A stretch of 64,000 nt of DNA from Candidatus Poribacteria bacterium (GTDB taxonomy: Bacteria > Poribacteria > WGA-4E > WGA-3G). Every line of letters begins with the position of its first letter. Positions within the stretch are counted from its first letter, which is position 1. Below the pieces are notes generated by a model. It saw only the letters and a list, made by a program, of their open reading frames with translations, ran no database searches and had not been told where the DNA came from. The position numbers and the translations under genes are program-made. Location: the NCBI GenBank assembly GCA_965215265.1, contig OZ244048.1, positions 160,001-224,000 on the forward strand, read 5' to 3'. Positions 1 to 10,204 of this stretch are shown here, piece after piece.

Positions 1-910
1 CGTCGCTGTCGCAGACGATGCCACCGCTACCTATTGGAATCCTGCCGGACTCACCAGAGTCAAAAAACATAGTTTTGCTGCCATGTACTCTGATACATTT
101 AGCACTGGAGACGGGAATTGGCTGAGCAGAGGTTTGGTTAACTATAATTTCATGAACTACGTCTACCAAATTGAAGACATCGGGAGCCTCGGGCTGAGTT
201 GGATCCGGCTCGGTGTTGACGATATCCCGCGCACCACTTTCATTGACACCAACGGTAATGGCATCTTGGGCGATTTTCAGGATAAAAACGGCAATGACAT
301 TAAAGAGTCCGGCGAACCTTATATTGATCGTCCGGAGGTTGCAGAGTATTTTAGCAATACCGATACTGCGATTTTAATCTCCTATGCACGTCAACTGCAT
401 TCTATGGCAGCTGTGGGGCTAAACTTCAAATTCCTTAATCAGGTGATTTTTGAGAACACCGGCCGCGGCTATGGGGTTGATATCGGTGTGATGGTGGCAC
501 CGTACCGTGGGCTCCGACTCGGTACGCTGTTATTAGATGCGACAGGCACGCAGGTGCAGTGGAATACCCCGGACGAACCGACATTTACACGGGGGCGGCG
601 GCTGAGACTCGGTGCTGCTTATCACTTCACAGCGTCACGTTTCGGCAAAGGCATCCTCGGTGCAGATTTTGAAACAGATCAGGCGGAGCTCGGGGAAGCC
701 ACAAGTCCGGGCGGTATACTGTTTCGCATCGGTGGTGAGTATTGGCTCTTTAACACGCTCGCTGTCCGCGGCGGCTGGAATGGACATGGGCTCTCTGTCG
801 GTACCGGCTTACGTTTGAAAGTGAATACGATGTCATTTTTTGTCGATTACGCTTTTAACACGCATACACTCGGGGGTTCGCAACGAATCTCTGTTACTGG
901 GGAATTTTAG
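1..910 (+). CDS. PorV/PorQ-family (FadL-like) outer-membrane beta-barrel protein, 5'-truncated by window edge
   Basis: The frame is open from position 2 (VAVADDATATYWNPAGL, typical of PorV/PorQ/FadL N-termini). It has amphipathic beta strands and ends in 'DYAFNTHTLGGSQRISVTGEF' with a C-terminal Phe. Confidence 0.75.
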   Translation, partial: VAVADDATATYWNPAGLTRVKKHSFAAMYSDTFSTGDGNWLSRGLVNYNFMNYVYQIEDIGSLGLSWIRLGVDDIPRTTFIDTNGNGILGDFQDKNGNDIKESGEPYIDRPEVAEYFSNTDTAILISYARQLHSMAAVGLNFKFLNQVIFENTGRGYGVDIGVMVAPYRGLRLGTLLLDATGTQVQWNTPDEPTFTRGRRLRLGAAYHFTASRFGKGILGADFETDQAELGEATSPGGILFRIGGEYWLFNTLAVRGGWNGHGLSVGTGLRLKVNTMSFFVDYAFNTHTLGGSQRISVTGEF

Positions 911-998
911 ATTAGTAGTGAATTGGCAAATTGCTCAATCCGTGACTGAGATAAAAGGTAGGTACAATTTAGATTCAAATTACAAGCAATAGAAGACG

Positions 999-2195
999 TT
1001 AAAGAGAAGGCGCGTTCTCAAAAACCGTTTCAGTCCCTACTTGAATCCGGACAGGTGCTAAATAGTCGTGAACTGTATCCATATTTACACGCACCCCGAG
1101 CCCGGGTGCATCTGGAACCTGAACCGTGCCGTCGGATTCAATGCGCAACGGCACCGTTGTCAAACGTTGTGACAACGGCGAACCGGCGGCTGGGTACTCC
1201 AATAGGTTAAAATCCGGATTCGTCGCAAAAACGTGAAGCGAAGCGGCAAGACTGAGGTGGCTTTTGAAGGTATGGTTGACGTACTGGATGCCGTGTTGTT
1301 CTGCAAGTTGACGGACCTGGAACGCTGTCGTCATGCCGCCGATCCGGCCGACATCAATTTGCACGAATTGGACACCACCGTGGATAATTAGGTCCGCCGC
1401 CATCCGATAGGTATTTGAACCTTCACCTGCTGCAATCGGTACGGCTGGATCCATTTGAGAGAGCAAACGGTAGGCAGGAATGGCATCCGGTGCGAGCGGT
1501 TCCTCTAGCCACGTTGGAGAAAATTGTGCAAACGCTTCGGCACGCCGGTAAGCCGTCTCATAATCTTCTTTCCATACGACACCGGCATCGATCATAATTT
1601 GTGCTTCTTCGTGCATACCGTCCCTTGCAGCACGCACAAGCGCGAGGTCATTTGCTTCCCCCAATTTCCCCATCGGCCCCCATCCGAACTTGGCAGCACG
1701 ATATCCTTGTTGACGCAAACCTACTGCAATCTGATAGGTAGCCTTTGGCGTGTCTCCAAAGAGAACAGACGCGTACGGCAGTTTCGGATGTGCTATAGTA
1801 GATGTGCCTGACATCGCTGCCAATAAACGGTAGACAGGTTTCTCTAGATGCTGTCCCATAATATCCCACAAGGCGATATCCGCGCCGCTGTAGGCATGTT
1901 GGATATGCTGAATATCCAAACCGTTCCGCATCGCCTTCTCATGAAGTCGAAGTACATCTTCAACACTGTCAAACGTTTCACCAATCAACGACGTACGAAT
2001 GTTGATGATATTCCCGTGTGACATTGGGCAGCAGTAGGCAGCGATAGATACTAAAGGCGAGGCATCGCATTCACCCCAACCTTCCAGCCCGGTATCAGTC
2101 CGAATTCGGACCAAGAGAGTATCTTGTGTACCATCCGCTGCATCTGTGATGTCAGGCATACGTAAATAGAACGGATCAACAGCGATAATTTCCAT
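999..2195 (-). CDS. Mandelate racemase/muconate lactonizing enzyme (enolase superfamily) protein
   Basis: N-terminal 'IRTDTGLEGWGE' and 'SGADIALWDIMG', metal-ligand motifs 'MIDAG', 'WLEEP', 'AAGE', and C-terminal 'PDAPGLGV'. Confidence 0.9.
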   Translation of the reverse strand: MEIIAVDPFYLRMPDITDAADGTQDTLLVRIRTDTGLEGWGECDASPLVSIAAYCCPMSHGNIINIRTSLIGETFDSVEDVLRLHEKAMRNGLDIQHIQHAYSGADIALWDIMGQHLEKPVYRLLAAMSGTSTIAHPKLPYASVLFGDTPKATYQIAVGLRQQGYRAAKFGWGPMGKLGEANDLALVRAARDGMHEEAQIMIDAGVVWKEDYETAYRRAEAFAQFSPTWLEEPLAPDAIPAYRLLSQMDPAVPIAAGEGSNTYRMAADLIIHGGVQFVQIDVGRIGGMTTAFQVRQLAEQHGIQYVNHTFKSHLSLAASLHVFATNPDFNLLEYPAAGSPLSQRLTTVPLRIESDGTVQVPDAPGLGVRVNMDTVHDYLAPVRIQVGTETVFENAPSL

Positions 2196-2264
2196 GTTTT
2201 TGTTTAGAGATTGCCTGCAAATCGTTCCGACATCCGATTAATTTGTCATCAGAGTCTTTTTGGC

Positions 2265-2822
2265 TTAGTCTTTTTCACTATTGCCGTTTGGCAAACGTTC
2301 CGGGGCTCCGGTCTTCTCCGTTGCCTTAGCGGATACAATCCGGAGCATTGATATGACAAACCACCCGAATAGCCCTGCGGCGGCACCAGCACATACCGCA
2401 AAGGCAGCCCCCTTTGACGTGCCAAGCCGATCCAACGTTTCGCGATCCAGTTCACATGAAAGATTTTTTAGATTTCTAAGCGTGAGACTCTCTCTTTCGC
2501 CGTGTTGTATGTACTCAAGAGTTGGGGGCTGTGAGCCCTCCATTTTCAGTTCGGCGTTCCAAGAGTCGGTTGTCACATTGATATGATTTTCTCCGGTGTC
2601 ACCGACCCAACTGGTTTTCACTCCTTCTACACCGGAAGCGTTACGAATCGGTTCAAGACGCGTACGCGCGAGGATGCTTCCCACAAGGTCGATGGCAATG
2701 TCTTTAGATTTTGCTAAGGCATTTTTTAAATTTGTCGAATTCACAGTTTTCTCCTCTTTTTCTCGCAACAGGTCAAAAAGTCCCTCGCGAGATAGGTTAA
2801 AGCACTTTCTTGCTAAACTCAC
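2265..2822 (-). CDS. Hypothetical protein with a C-terminal hydrophobic (transmembrane) segment
   Basis: 185-aa ORF filling the gap between co-oriented genes, with the hydrophobic stretch 'AAFAVCAGAAAGLFGWFVISML'. The start is uncertain. Confidence 0.55.
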   Translation of the reverse strand: MSLARKCFNLSREGLFDLLREKEEKTVNSTNLKNALAKSKDIAIDLVGSILARTRLEPIRNASGVEGVKTSWVGDTGENHINVTTDSWNAELKMEGSQPPTLEYIQHGERESLTLRNLKNLSCELDRETLDRLGTSKGAAFAVCAGAAAGLFGWFVISMLRIVSAKATEKTGAPERLPNGNSEKD

Positions 2823-3001
2823 CTGAGCACTACTGGATATAAGATAACGTGAGTTGTATAAAAGAGAGTTGCGTTCGGTATAAAGTAACTCCTATAGTAT
2901 AATCGGGGCAGCAACCACTGAACCGGAAGGAGTTGTTTCTGAATATTATATCGCTTTTATGAGAAATTGACACCTTTTTTTCCGTCTAAAAAACAGAACT
3001 C

Positions 3002-3880
3002 CTACTTTGAGTCGTCCATCAGTTCGTGCCAGAAAGAACGGGAGGGGCGGTTCATGTTGTCGTACATCCGATAGGTTCCGTTTTTGCAGAATTCATAGAG
3101 CGCCTGCGTTAAAGGAATTTCAAAACCGGCTGTTTCTGCTTCCTGAAGAAAATAGGGTAATTCTGGAAATTTCACGACGAGGTTATCGCCTGTGCCGTCC
3201 AGGATGCGTGAGGCGATTCTGTCAAATTCGCCACGCCATCCGTTGCCCATGCCGACAGCTTCTCGAATAGCTTGCGGTTCAACCCCTGCGCGAATACCGA
3301 AAGCGATTGCTTCCATAAACGCGGCACTTCCAAGTCCCATCGCCAATTGGTTAACCCCTTTAACGATTTGTCCAGTTCCACTTTCGCCACAGTAAACGAC
3401 GAACTTCGGTTCGCCGAGAATTTCAAGTATCGGGCGGCAGCTTTGGACAACTTCTGGAGCACCTCCGACAAAAATTCGGAGTGTCCCGGTTGATGAGCCG
3501 TGGGGACCGCCGCTGACAGGTGCGTCTATGAGCGTTGCCCCTTGCCGTGTGAATGCTTCGGACAAACGGCGGGTTTCAGAGGCTTTTGTGGTGCCGAGGT
3601 CGATGAAGACTTGCCCGTTGCGGGCGTTTGGAATCAGTTCGCTCTCGGCGACGTTAACGAAAATATCAGATGAGCGAAGGCTGCATAGGATAACATCACT
3701 TTGTGTGACGACATCGGTTGCATTAACCGCTGCGGTTGCACCAGCTTCGGCAAGCACGGTACATTTCTCAGGTTCTATATCAAAGCCGATGAGCGGATAG
3801 CCGGCGTTTAGAAGATTTTTTGCCATGTACCCACCCATATTTCCGAGTCCAATAAAACCGGTCATTTTTTGAGAATTCAT
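3002..3880 (-). CDS. NAD(P)-dependent oxidoreductase, 3-hydroxyisobutyrate dehydrogenase (beta-hydroxyacid DH) family
   Basis: 'GFIGLGNMG' Rossmann motif, 'DAPVSGG' and 'GQIVKGVNQ'. Start placed at the ATG downstream of a GGAG RBS (the ORF track extends to 3910). Confidence 0.9.
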   Translation of the reverse strand: MNSQKMTGFIGLGNMGGYMAKNLLNAGYPLIGFDIEPEKCTVLAEAGATAAVNATDVVTQSDVILCSLRSSDIFVNVAESELIPNARNGQVFIDLGTTKASETRRLSEAFTRQGATLIDAPVSGGPHGSSTGTLRIFVGGAPEVVQSCRPILEILGEPKFVVYCGESGTGQIVKGVNQLAMGLGSAAFMEAIAFGIRAGVEPQAIREAVGMGNGWRGEFDRIASRILDGTGDNLVVKFPELPYFLQEAETAGFEIPLTQALYEFCKNGTYRMYDNMNRPSRSFWHELMDDSK

Positions 3881-4037
3881 CGGGGGCTCCATTTTTCTTG
3901 TATCATTCACTAATGAAAGAAATGATCTGTTGGATTTCAGCCTCGATTTTTTTTATTTTCATGCAACCGTGCCTATAAAGTTGAGGCGGCCGGGCACTAG
4001 CGAGGCTGCCAAGCGCGCCTACAACGATTTGTGTACG

Positions 4038-5051
4038 TTATTCTTGGTGCAGTGTAGCTGACCTGCGTGGGGGGCTGAATTCCTGTTCGGTCAACGGGAT
4101 TGCATCTTTCTGGTAAACCTGTACTCGATAAGAACCGTTGTCTGGCACAAACATAAGTCCTTCTTCGCTGACAGTGACAGATTTTGGTTTGCGGAGATAT
4201 TTCTGCGGTTCAAGGTCGGCCATATCGCGCATCCGATTAGGACTTGCGTTCGTCATCATGTAATCGCGCGCGACTTTTGACAACGTAGCATCTCCAAGGA
4301 ATTTTTGAACGTACCGCCCCTCAGCGTTGAAGAGTTGTACCCGATCATTACCGGTATCCGCCACGTAAATATCACCGTGCAAGTCTACGTCAATGCCAGC
4401 AGGTCGATTGAATTCGCCGTTTCCGTCTCCTGATGTCCCGAATGTGAAGAGAAAATCCCCTTCTGCTGTAAATTTCTGTACCCGGTCGTTTCGCCAATCA
4501 ACAACGTAGACATCACTGAGTTCATCGACAGCGATGCCCCAAGGCATGTTAAATTCGCCTTCTCCAGTGCCGTAACATCCCCATTGTAATAGAAATGTAC
4601 CTGCTTTGGTAAATTTTTGGACTCTATGCGCGAGGCTGTCAACGACGTAGAGGTTTTCGTCCGGATCTAAGGCAATGCCGGCAGGTCCATTAAGTTGCCC
4701 CGGGGCTGTTCCGTGCTCGCCCCAGGTTCGGAGATGTTCGCCTTCTTTGTTAAACGCGACGATCCGGTGCAGAAATTCATCTGACACGTAGAGGTTTTCG
4801 TCGCTATCGGAAGTAATAGTAACTGGCCATGTAAATTGGCCTTCGCCGCGTCCGTAGCGTCCGAGGGTCCCGAGGTCTTCGTCATCAACGTTGTACTTCC
4901 GAATCATCGCTGTGCCGGTGCTGCGACACATGATATATAAACGTCCCTCTTTTCCGAGGGCGATATCAATAGGAAAGTTGGTTGTCCGGCGCATACTGAG
5001 ACATTTGAGGTATGGAAAGCCGGCTCTCAATAGGCCGTAGGGTCTGCCCAT
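4038..5051 (-). CDS. NHL-repeat (6-bladed beta-propeller) protein
   Basis: Repeated 'G.G.GQF..P.GIA.D..G.lYV.D..N.RVQKF' units. GGAGG RBS upstream. Confidence 0.9.
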   Translation of the reverse strand: MGRPYGLLRAGFPYLKCLSMRRTTNFPIDIALGKEGRLYIMCRSTGTAMIRKYNVDDEDLGTLGRYGRGEGQFTWPVTITSDSDENLYVSDEFLHRIVAFNKEGEHLRTWGEHGTAPGQLNGPAGIALDPDENLYVVDSLAHRVQKFTKAGTFLLQWGCYGTGEGEFNMPWGIAVDELSDVYVVDWRNDRVQKFTAEGDFLFTFGTSGDGNGEFNRPAGIDVDLHGDIYVADTGNDRVQLFNAEGRYVQKFLGDATLSKVARDYMMTNASPNRMRDMADLEPQKYLRKPKSVTVSEEGLMFVPDNGSYRVQVYQKDAIPLTEQEFSPPRRSATLHQE

Positions 5052-5083
5052 GATGCACCTCCATTTTTGATGGCTCGGTTCAC

Positions 5084-6223
5084 TTAGGAATAGGAAAACG
5101 GATGAATTTGTTCGAAATTTCCTGTGACAATAGGGTTTGCGTCAACGCCCATCCACTGTTCGAGTATGGTCCCGTATATCCCGCGGAAATCAATAGTATG
5201 TTCCAAATCTTCGCCATGAACCCAACGTGCAGGGTCAAGGGATGGGTACTCAGCATAGAGTCCGCCCTTCACCTTATCGCCGATAATAAACGCACCACCG
5301 CCGGTGCCGTGGTCTGTACCGCTAGCATTGTCTCGGATGCGGCGGCCGAATTCCGTGAATACGAACATGACAACTTCTTCGGATGCGTTCTGTGCACGTA
5401 AATCTGTGAAGAATGCTTGTATCGCTTCCGATAATTCCTTTAACAATCGTGGATGTGTTGGGACTTCGTTAGCATGGTTGTCGTAACCACCGTGCTGAGT
5501 GTAGAAGACGCGGGTGCCTAAGTTAGCGAGATGTACGCGTGCGACATCGCGCAAGCTTTTGGCAATCGAGCTGCTCGGGTACTCAACATCGGAAGTATAC
5601 ATGGCAGGTGCCTTTTTAAGTTCATCAGCCCCTTTGATTACATCGAGTCCTGTCTGGCTGAGGTAATCCATGACAATCCCGCTTCCAACGGTGCCGCTAT
5701 ACATCTGTTTGAATATCTCGAGTGCCTGGGTGCGTTGTGTTTCATCGCCTATGCTGGTCATCAAACCGTAGTTGTCCAAGTCGCCGACCGATGTGACAGG
5801 GATGCCGGCGAGCGTGCATGCCCGGGGGAGTCCCTGCCCGAAGCTAACACAAGTTAGCACGTTTTGACTTTTTGGGTCCAATTCACGGACGAGCCTGCCA
5901 ACCCAACCTTCATTACCAATTTTATCGGGTTCACAAGTATGCCAGATATCCATTGCCCGGAAATGAGACCTGTTGGAATCTGGATAGCCGATTCCCTGTA
6001 TAACAGCAACATCGCCTTGGTCGAACATCTTTTTGAGGGGTGCAGCGTGCGGATTCCACCCGAGTGTATCGTGTAACGGGAGGACATCTCCTGCTTTAAT
6101 ACCTACAACCGGACGGGCATCGTGATAAATCCCGCTGGTGTAAGGGATGAGGGTGTTCATGAAATCGTTGCCGCCCGTTAACTGGACGACGACGAGGACT
6201 GGGGCATTCTTTGTATCAGTCAT
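5084..6223 (-). CDS. DUF1501 family protein
   Basis: 'LVVVQLTGGND', 'NRSHFRAMDIW', 'GGYDNH', 'TEFGRR', 'GTDHG' motifs. Adjacent to DUF1800, the usual pairing. Confidence 0.9.
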   Translation of the reverse strand: MTDTKNAPVLVVVQLTGGNDFMNTLIPYTSGIYHDARPVVGIKAGDVLPLHDTLGWNPHAAPLKKMFDQGDVAVIQGIGYPDSNRSHFRAMDIWHTCEPDKIGNEGWVGRLVRELDPKSQNVLTCVSFGQGLPRACTLAGIPVTSVGDLDNYGLMTSIGDETQRTQALEIFKQMYSGTVGSGIVMDYLSQTGLDVIKGADELKKAPAMYTSDVEYPSSSIAKSLRDVARVHLANLGTRVFYTQHGGYDNHANEVPTHPRLLKELSEAIQAFFTDLRAQNASEEVVMFVFTEFGRRIRDNASGTDHGTGGGAFIIGDKVKGGLYAEYPSLDPARWVHGEDLEHTIDFRGIYGTILEQWMGVDANPIVTGNFEQIHPFSYS

Positions 6224-6323
6224 TTTCGTTATCTCCTTCCCAACTTCGCGGCATGCGTTTTCACACGTTGCTCTTTGGTAGTCATGTTATGTTACGCGTT
6301 CAGAGCCCGTGCGGTATGATAGA

Positions 6324-7751
6324 TTAGCAGAGTTGATATTCTCTTGATGCAACAATTAACTGGAGCAGATTAACGACACGCTCTTGATTTTCCCTAGAAG
6401 CTGCTTCGTCTTCAAAATCCAATTGACCGGTTTCTTCAGCAAATTGGATCAGATATTGACGCGTGGTGCCGGCGACTGTCATTGGGCCGGCAAATTCAAG
6501 GCATTTCTCAACGAATGTTTCTGATGATAAGGAATTCTCAGAACTTTTGTATTCTGCAGAGAGACGTTCGATAATATCTTGGATCCCCGGTTTGGAGGCA
6601 TCGCTGACTTCCTGCACAGCGAAATTAACGCGCGACGTGAGTAAACCGCCATCAATCCATTCCTTACCGGTGTGCCAGCCTTCAACCGTGGGTGGATTTA
6701 GGAGCTGCTGCCCCATCAAACTTGTGGCCCCGGCGTACCGCGAGATGCCCGGTTCTGGCTGTTGAAAGGTACCTACTAACTTAAGGATACCTGTCACCAG
6801 TTCGGTTGGGCTTTTGACTTTCTTAAATCGAGCTGCTTTAAAGAAGTCGGAATTGAAGAGGGTGCTAAGGATTTGTACCATATTCCCATCGGATTCCATG
6901 AACACGTTTGCAAGTACGTCAATCGCCTCCGGATCGCTAGGGGGTGTGACATTCCATGACGGCACCTGCGGCTCATCGGCTACGAAGAAATTATATAGAT
7001 GCCGTGCGATAAACTTGGCACAAGCGGGTTGCTCTACAATAATGTTAATGATATCGTTGCCGTTAAAGTGCCCTGTGTGTCCTAAAAAGTTTTTTTCACC
7101 GTCGTCATGTTCTTCTTCGACAAATATGAATTCGGGTGAATGGTAACCGTGGGGGTACAAAGGAATAGGTTGGGCGAACGTCCAGCCTGTAAAGGCACGT
7201 GCACAGTTCTTAATGTCATCTTCCGTATAGTTTCCTACTCCCAATGAGAAAAGTTCCAGGAGTTCCCTGCCGTAATTTTCATTCGGTTCTCCTTTCCGAT
7301 TTTCATTATTATCAAGCCAGAAGATCATCGCCGGGTCTTTCGAGAGTTCCAGCAGGATGTCCCGCATTTTTCCCATCCCGACGCGCCGAAATGTATCAAT
7401 CTGATCTGTCGATGCAAGGATGTGCTGATTCTTTCCGAGCCCCGTGGCGAACACATGATGCCAGAACAGTGCCATCTTTTCTTGGAGTGGGCATTTATTG
7501 TTCAGCATCCGATATATCCAAATTCCGACGTAGGCACCCTCTCCGCCAAAGTAACGTTCTAAGATATCCTCTTCAATCGGGGTACCACGTTCGGGATGTA
7601 GGAGCTCGTCAACTACGTTCTCGTAGCCTTTTTCAACATAGGTTTCAAGTTCGGCGCGGGTTGCTCCGAACCCCGCGCGGCGCATGAGATGCGCCATCAT
7701 ATCAAGGTTAGCATGTTGTGCATGTCCTGATGCAACGCCGTTTCCTGACAT
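6324..7751 (-). CDS. DUF1800 family protein
   Basis: 'AHLMRRAGFG', 'LQEKMALFWHHVFAT', 'PNENYGRELLELFSLG', 'ARAFTGW' motifs. Confidence 0.92.
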   Translation of the reverse strand: MSGNGVASGHAQHANLDMMAHLMRRAGFGATRAELETYVEKGYENVVDELLHPERGTPIEEDILERYFGGEGAYVGIWIYRMLNNKCPLQEKMALFWHHVFATGLGKNQHILASTDQIDTFRRVGMGKMRDILLELSKDPAMIFWLDNNENRKGEPNENYGRELLELFSLGVGNYTEDDIKNCARAFTGWTFAQPIPLYPHGYHSPEFIFVEEEHDDGEKNFLGHTGHFNGNDIINIIVEQPACAKFIARHLYNFFVADEPQVPSWNVTPPSDPEAIDVLANVFMESDGNMVQILSTLFNSDFFKAARFKKVKSPTELVTGILKLVGTFQQPEPGISRYAGATSLMGQQLLNPPTVEGWHTGKEWIDGGLLTSRVNFAVQEVSDASKPGIQDIIERLSAEYKSSENSLSSETFVEKCLEFAGPMTVAGTTRQYLIQFAEETGQLDFEDEAASRENQERVVNLLQLIVASREYQLC

Positions 7752-7894
7752 GTTATCCTCCGTTCTTGCTGGAGCCAGCTGAGGCTCCGCCTATAGGTTA
7801 CATCTGTCCATAATGTGGAATACCTATAGATTTCACACGACTGGGGTTAATGTGGTGTAAACTACGGTTTTGGCCATCTCAACTGATGCATCAT

Positions 7895-7923
7895 AATTTA
7901 CAATAATTAGTAAAAAAAGTCAA
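7895..7923 (-). promoter_or_regulatory. Putative sigma70 promoter for the DUF1800-DUF1501-NHL operon
   Basis: The minus strand reads TTGACT-N17-TAAATT. Confidence 0.45.
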
Positions 7924-8156
7924 ATTTTTGATCGTGCTCTGAAAATGATGTGGGAGAGCAATCTATAATAGAATAGAATAGGTTAAAACATGACTGAAAT
8001 TTAGTTGGCACAACACCTATTATGGTAGATTTATCGAATGACATTAAAGCCAAATTTTGCTATAATGTCTACTACGGAAAATAGCATGCTGTGCATGCCG
8101 AAAATCGTTATATGGTGTTTTGGAAGCTGCCTAATTATCCATTGAGGAATTCGGAA

Positions 8157-8966
8157 ATGAAAATAAGTTCATGGTTCTTTGCCTGTTTAGTCGTCTTATC
8201 AGGTGTGGGTGCTGCGTTTCTATCTTGGTTTCGCGTTGAAAATGATACGCGAGTTGGACAGAAAGCCGTGCTGCAAAGTATGGAAACTTTTAGTCATACT
8301 CTATTTGACGATGTGCTGCAAACGTTCGTTGATACAGAAGGTAAGATTGATTATGCACGTCTGAAGGCAGAACCCGAAAAATTGGAGGCGTATTTGGATC
8401 TATTGGCGGTTGCGAACCGTGAAGAGATGTCTTATAACGAGGAGCTCGCTTTCTGGATTAACGCCTACAATGCCCTAGTGATTAAAGGCGTTGTTGATAG
8501 GTATCCGACAACGAGTGTCCGAAAGATTAAACCGTTTGGTGGATTTTTCTCCCGCCTTCGATTTCAGGTTGCGGGAAAAAGTTACACGCTCAATCAAATT
8601 GAGCATGATGTTATCCGGGCGGAATTTGTGGATGCACGGGTGCACTTTGTCTTAGTCTGCGCATCACGTGGGTGCCCCAGTTTGGAAAATCGTGCTTTTT
8701 TAAAAGAAACAGTAGAAGAACGACTTGAAGCTGCCACGCTGAAATTTGCCCGGGACCCAGAGAAAGTGAGGCTTGACCGGGAGGAACGGCGGTTGTATCT
8801 TTCAAAAATTTTCAAATGGTACGAAAGCGATTTTACAGAAGGGTATGCTGGTGTGGTCGATTTCCTGATGGATTACCTCTCTCCAGCAGATGTCAATTTC
8901 CTCGAAACCGAAGAGGTAGAATCTCGCTATTTAGAGTATGATTGGACACTGAACGATAAACAGTAA
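8157..8966 (+). CDS. DUF547 domain protein, exported or membrane-anchored
   Basis: 'LAFWINAYNALVI', 'TLNQIEH', 'RVHFVLVCASRGCP', 'SKIFKWY..DF', 'YDWTLN' motifs and an N-terminal hydrophobic segment. Start refined from 8091 using a GAGGA RBS. Confidence 0.88.
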   Translation: MKISSWFFACLVVLSGVGAAFLSWFRVENDTRVGQKAVLQSMETFSHTLFDDVLQTFVDTEGKIDYARLKAEPEKLEAYLDLLAVANREEMSYNEELAFWINAYNALVIKGVVDRYPTTSVRKIKPFGGFFSRLRFQVAGKSYTLNQIEHDVIRAEFVDARVHFVLVCASRGCPSLENRAFLKETVEERLEAATLKFARDPEKVRLDREERRLYLSKIFKWYESDFTEGYAGVVDFLMDYLSPADVNFLETEEVESRYLEYDWTLNDKQ

Positions 8967-8977
8967 GGAGGATTTTT

Positions 8978-10012
8978 ATGATAAATACTGCAGTTATTGG
9001 CTACGGCTATGCCGGTCGTGCTTTTCACTCCTATCTTGTCGGCTTAGCAGACGGTCTGAACCTTTACGCTATTGCCACACGAGACGCGGAGCGGCGTGAA
9101 GCCGCTCGTCAAAAATACGCAAACGCTCGGATATACCAAACGATTGATGAAGTCATTGCAGATAATGCGGTAGCGCTCGTGGTTTTAGCAACACCGCACG
9201 ATACGCATGCTGAACTTGCCATTAGAGCGATGGATGCAGGGAAACATGTGGTTACGGATAAAATTATGGCGATGAATACTGCCGAGGCCGATGCAATGAT
9301 CTCCGCGAGTCAACTTAATAATGTCATGCTCAGCGTTTTTCACAACCGGCGGTGGGATTGGGACTATCTGACGGTGAAAAAAGTTATCGCGGCTGGGCTG
9401 CTTGGAACACCGTATCTTTTCCAAGTTGCTATTATGCGCTACGGGCGGCCGGGTGGTTGGCGGAGCATCAAAGAACACAGCGGCGGTATCCTTTATGATT
9501 GGCCCGCCCACTTTGTCGATCAGGCGTTGCAATTCGTGCAGGCACCGGTTGAAACTGTCTTTTGCGATATCCATTACAATCCCAAATGGGATATTGACAT
9601 CGGCAACTATGCCAATCTCATCATTAAGTTTCAGAACGATGTGCGGTACCAGATTGAGATTGGTAATCTTTCTAAAGCAGATAAGCCGCGGTGGTATGTT
9701 GTAGGAGATTTAGGCGGCTTAATTAAGTACGGCTTGGATCCGCAGGAGGGTCCCATGCGAGACGGTAATATTGATGCCGCCGAGGAAGATCCTGCTAACT
9801 ACGCTAAGGTCTGGACCGAGGCCGATGGAGAATCTCGTGAACTTGTCGTTGAGAGTGTACGCAGTACTTGGAAATCTTACTACCAGAACATCTCGGATGT
9901 CCTGAACAGAGGTGCGGAATTGGCCGTCAAACCTGAAGAGGTGCGTAAAACTATGCAGGTTTATGATGCTGCGATGAAGTCTGCAGAAACAGGAGAGACG
10001 GTGCATTTATAG
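8978..10012 (+). CDS. Gfo/Idh/MocA family oxidoreductase
   Basis: 'VIGYGYAG', 'AGKHVVTDK', 'VFHNRRWD', 'GGILYDWPAHFVDQ' motifs. AGGAGG RBS. Confidence 0.92.
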   Translation: MINTAVIGYGYAGRAFHSYLVGLADGLNLYAIATRDAERREAARQKYANARIYQTIDEVIADNAVALVVLATPHDTHAELAIRAMDAGKHVVTDKIMAMNTAEADAMISASQLNNVMLSVFHNRRWDWDYLTVKKVIAAGLLGTPYLFQVAIMRYGRPGGWRSIKEHSGGILYDWPAHFVDQALQFVQAPVETVFCDIHYNPKWDIDIGNYANLIIKFQNDVRYQIEIGNLSKADKPRWYVVGDLGGLIKYGLDPQEGPMRDGNIDAAEEDPANYAKVWTEADGESRELVVESVRSTWKSYYQNISDVLNRGAELAVKPEEVRKTMQVYDAAMKSAETGETVHL

Positions 10013-10204
10013 CCGGAGTGACGCAATAGGATTGTTCATATAATGGACAATAGTGTTCAATTTATGATAGGATTACCGACGATGGAAATACTGTGAAGCA
10101 AGGCAGCACTGAACTTGCAGCTTTACCCTACATTGGCACTGTACTTGCTTTAACCCTTAAAAAAGGACAACGTGCTGATAAAGCATGCCTATAGGAGAGT
10201 TAAC

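Noticed and set aside
4010-4025. GCGCGCCTA half-site matching the 18056-18082 hairpin, suggesting a REP family
   Set aside because: Only a 9-bp match with no complementary arm. Two instances are insufficient.
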